DNA from: Camelus ferus
Taxonomy: Eukaryota
Direction of reading: 5' to 3'
Length of the DNA: 64,000 nucleotides
Assembly (NCBI RefSeq): GCF_009834535.1
Contig: NC_045697.1
Span: forward strand, 38,380,001-38,444,000
Both the position numbers and the translations under genes were made by a program. Below are positions 62,999 to 64,000 of the stretch, piece by piece. Positions within the stretch are counted from its first letter, which is position 1, and each line of letters opens with the position of its first letter. The notes under the pieces were generated by a model, which did not search any database, was not told the DNA's origin, and worked only from the letters and a program-made list of their open reading frames with translations.

Positions 62999-63114
62999 TT
63001 TGGGGGGGGGGGATAATTGGGTTTATTTATTTTTAGAACAGGTACTGGGGATTGAACCCAGGACCTCTTGCATGCTAAGGATGCAGTCTACCACCTGAGC
63101 TAAACCCTCCCCCA
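62999..63114 (-). mobile_element. Vic-1-type SINE (long form)
   Basis: Exact 14-nt TSD GATACACATTTCTT at 62985..62998 / 63115..63128. Confidence 0.9.
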
Positions 63115-64000
63115 GATACACATTTCTTGATATCTTTTAGGTCAAGCCTGTCAATTTTCTAAAAATTTATTTTTGTCTATGTGAGATCAATTTCTAAGAA
63201 AAGTTAAAAAGTCTCCCACTATGAGAGCAGATTTATAACTGCTTTCACATTTTGGTTTAAATAATTCAAATTTTCTATTGTTAGATACATAAATTTTCAA
63301 GACTGTTATTTTTGTTGTTGGTTTGTACCTTTTATTTTAGCATTTAGTACTCTTTACCTTGAAATCTCTTGTATCAGATATTAATATTGTTCCTTATGCT
63401 TTCTTTTCTTTTTTAACAGCTTGAGATATAAATTATATATCTCCATAAAATTCACACATTTAAATTGTATGATTTGATGATTTTTAGTATAGTCACAGGG
63501 TTGTGCAACCATTACCACAATCAATTCTAGAACATCTCCATCATCCTAGAAAGAAACCCTATACCTATTAAGAGTCGATCTCCATTTTCCCTTCAACATC
63601 CGCAACCATGAATCTACTACTGTCTCTATAAATTTACCTGTCTGGACATTTGATACAAGTGGAATCATACAGTGTGTGCTCTTTTGCGTCTGGCTTCTTT
63701 CATTTAGCGTAACACCTTCATGGTTCATCATGTTGTAGCATGTATCAGTACCTCATTTCTTTTATTGTTGAATATTCCATTGTATGGATAATACCACCTT
63801 CATTTAATCTATTAATTAGTTGATAGACATTTTGATTGTTTCCACTTTTGGCCATTATAAGTAATGCTACTATAAACATTCAGGTACATGTTTTGTGTGG
63901 ATATATGCTTTCACTTCTCTTGGGTGTATATTTAGGAGTAGAATTTCTGGGTCATATGGTAACTCCGTATTTAACGTATTTAGGAACTGCCAGCTATTTC

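Larger units (their letters stand above)
61695..64000 (-). mobile_element. Mosaic of old antisense L1M fragments (3' UTR piece from ~63410 to the window end)
   Basis: T-rich L1 ORF2 antisense remnants; L1 3' UTR motifs (MNHEGVTLNERSQTQKSTHCMIP-type pseudo-ORF). Confidence 0.7.

Noticed and set aside
1..64000. CRISPR arrays, operons, prokaryotic defence systems, rRNA, CpG-island promoter
   Set aside because: The sequence is CpG-depleted, intron-rich mammalian DNA. No repeat-spacer arrays or rRNA-like sequence were seen, and the CEP135 promoter is upstream of the window.

Overview
This is AT-rich mammalian genomic DNA, not prokaryotic. It is most likely camelid (alpaca, llama or camel), based on eight tRNA-Ala-derived Vic-1-type SINEs and no Alu, Bov-tA or PRE-1 seen. 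The window holds the 3' portion of CEP135 (centrosomal protein 135, BLD10 orthologue) on the + strand. There are 21 coding exons (human-equivalent exons 5-25, 1879..49541), all GT-AG and phase-consistent, giving one open frame of 982 residues ending ...HSPEHVN*, plus a non-coding last exon from 54199. Introns and the downstream flank are rich in L1, L2, MIR, hAT/Tigger DNA elements and a MaLR element. Main observations: (1) an intact 16-codon read-through tail in intron 6 matching the CEP135mini isoform, with a ~2-kb antisense L1 inserted ~45 nt after its stop; (2) a SINE whose target-site duplication copied the exon 8 splice donor and placed four AATAAA next to it; (3) a SINE forming an in-frame candidate terminal exon in intron 10; (4) an L1 fragment inserted in the exon 20 polypyrimidine tract; (5) a degraded class III provirus with ERV-L-type RT motifs, a tRNA-Ser-like PBS and an env/ISD remnant. 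I found no convincing evidence of a wholly new system. Exon numbers, comparisons to human CEP135 and repeat family names come from recall, not from searches.
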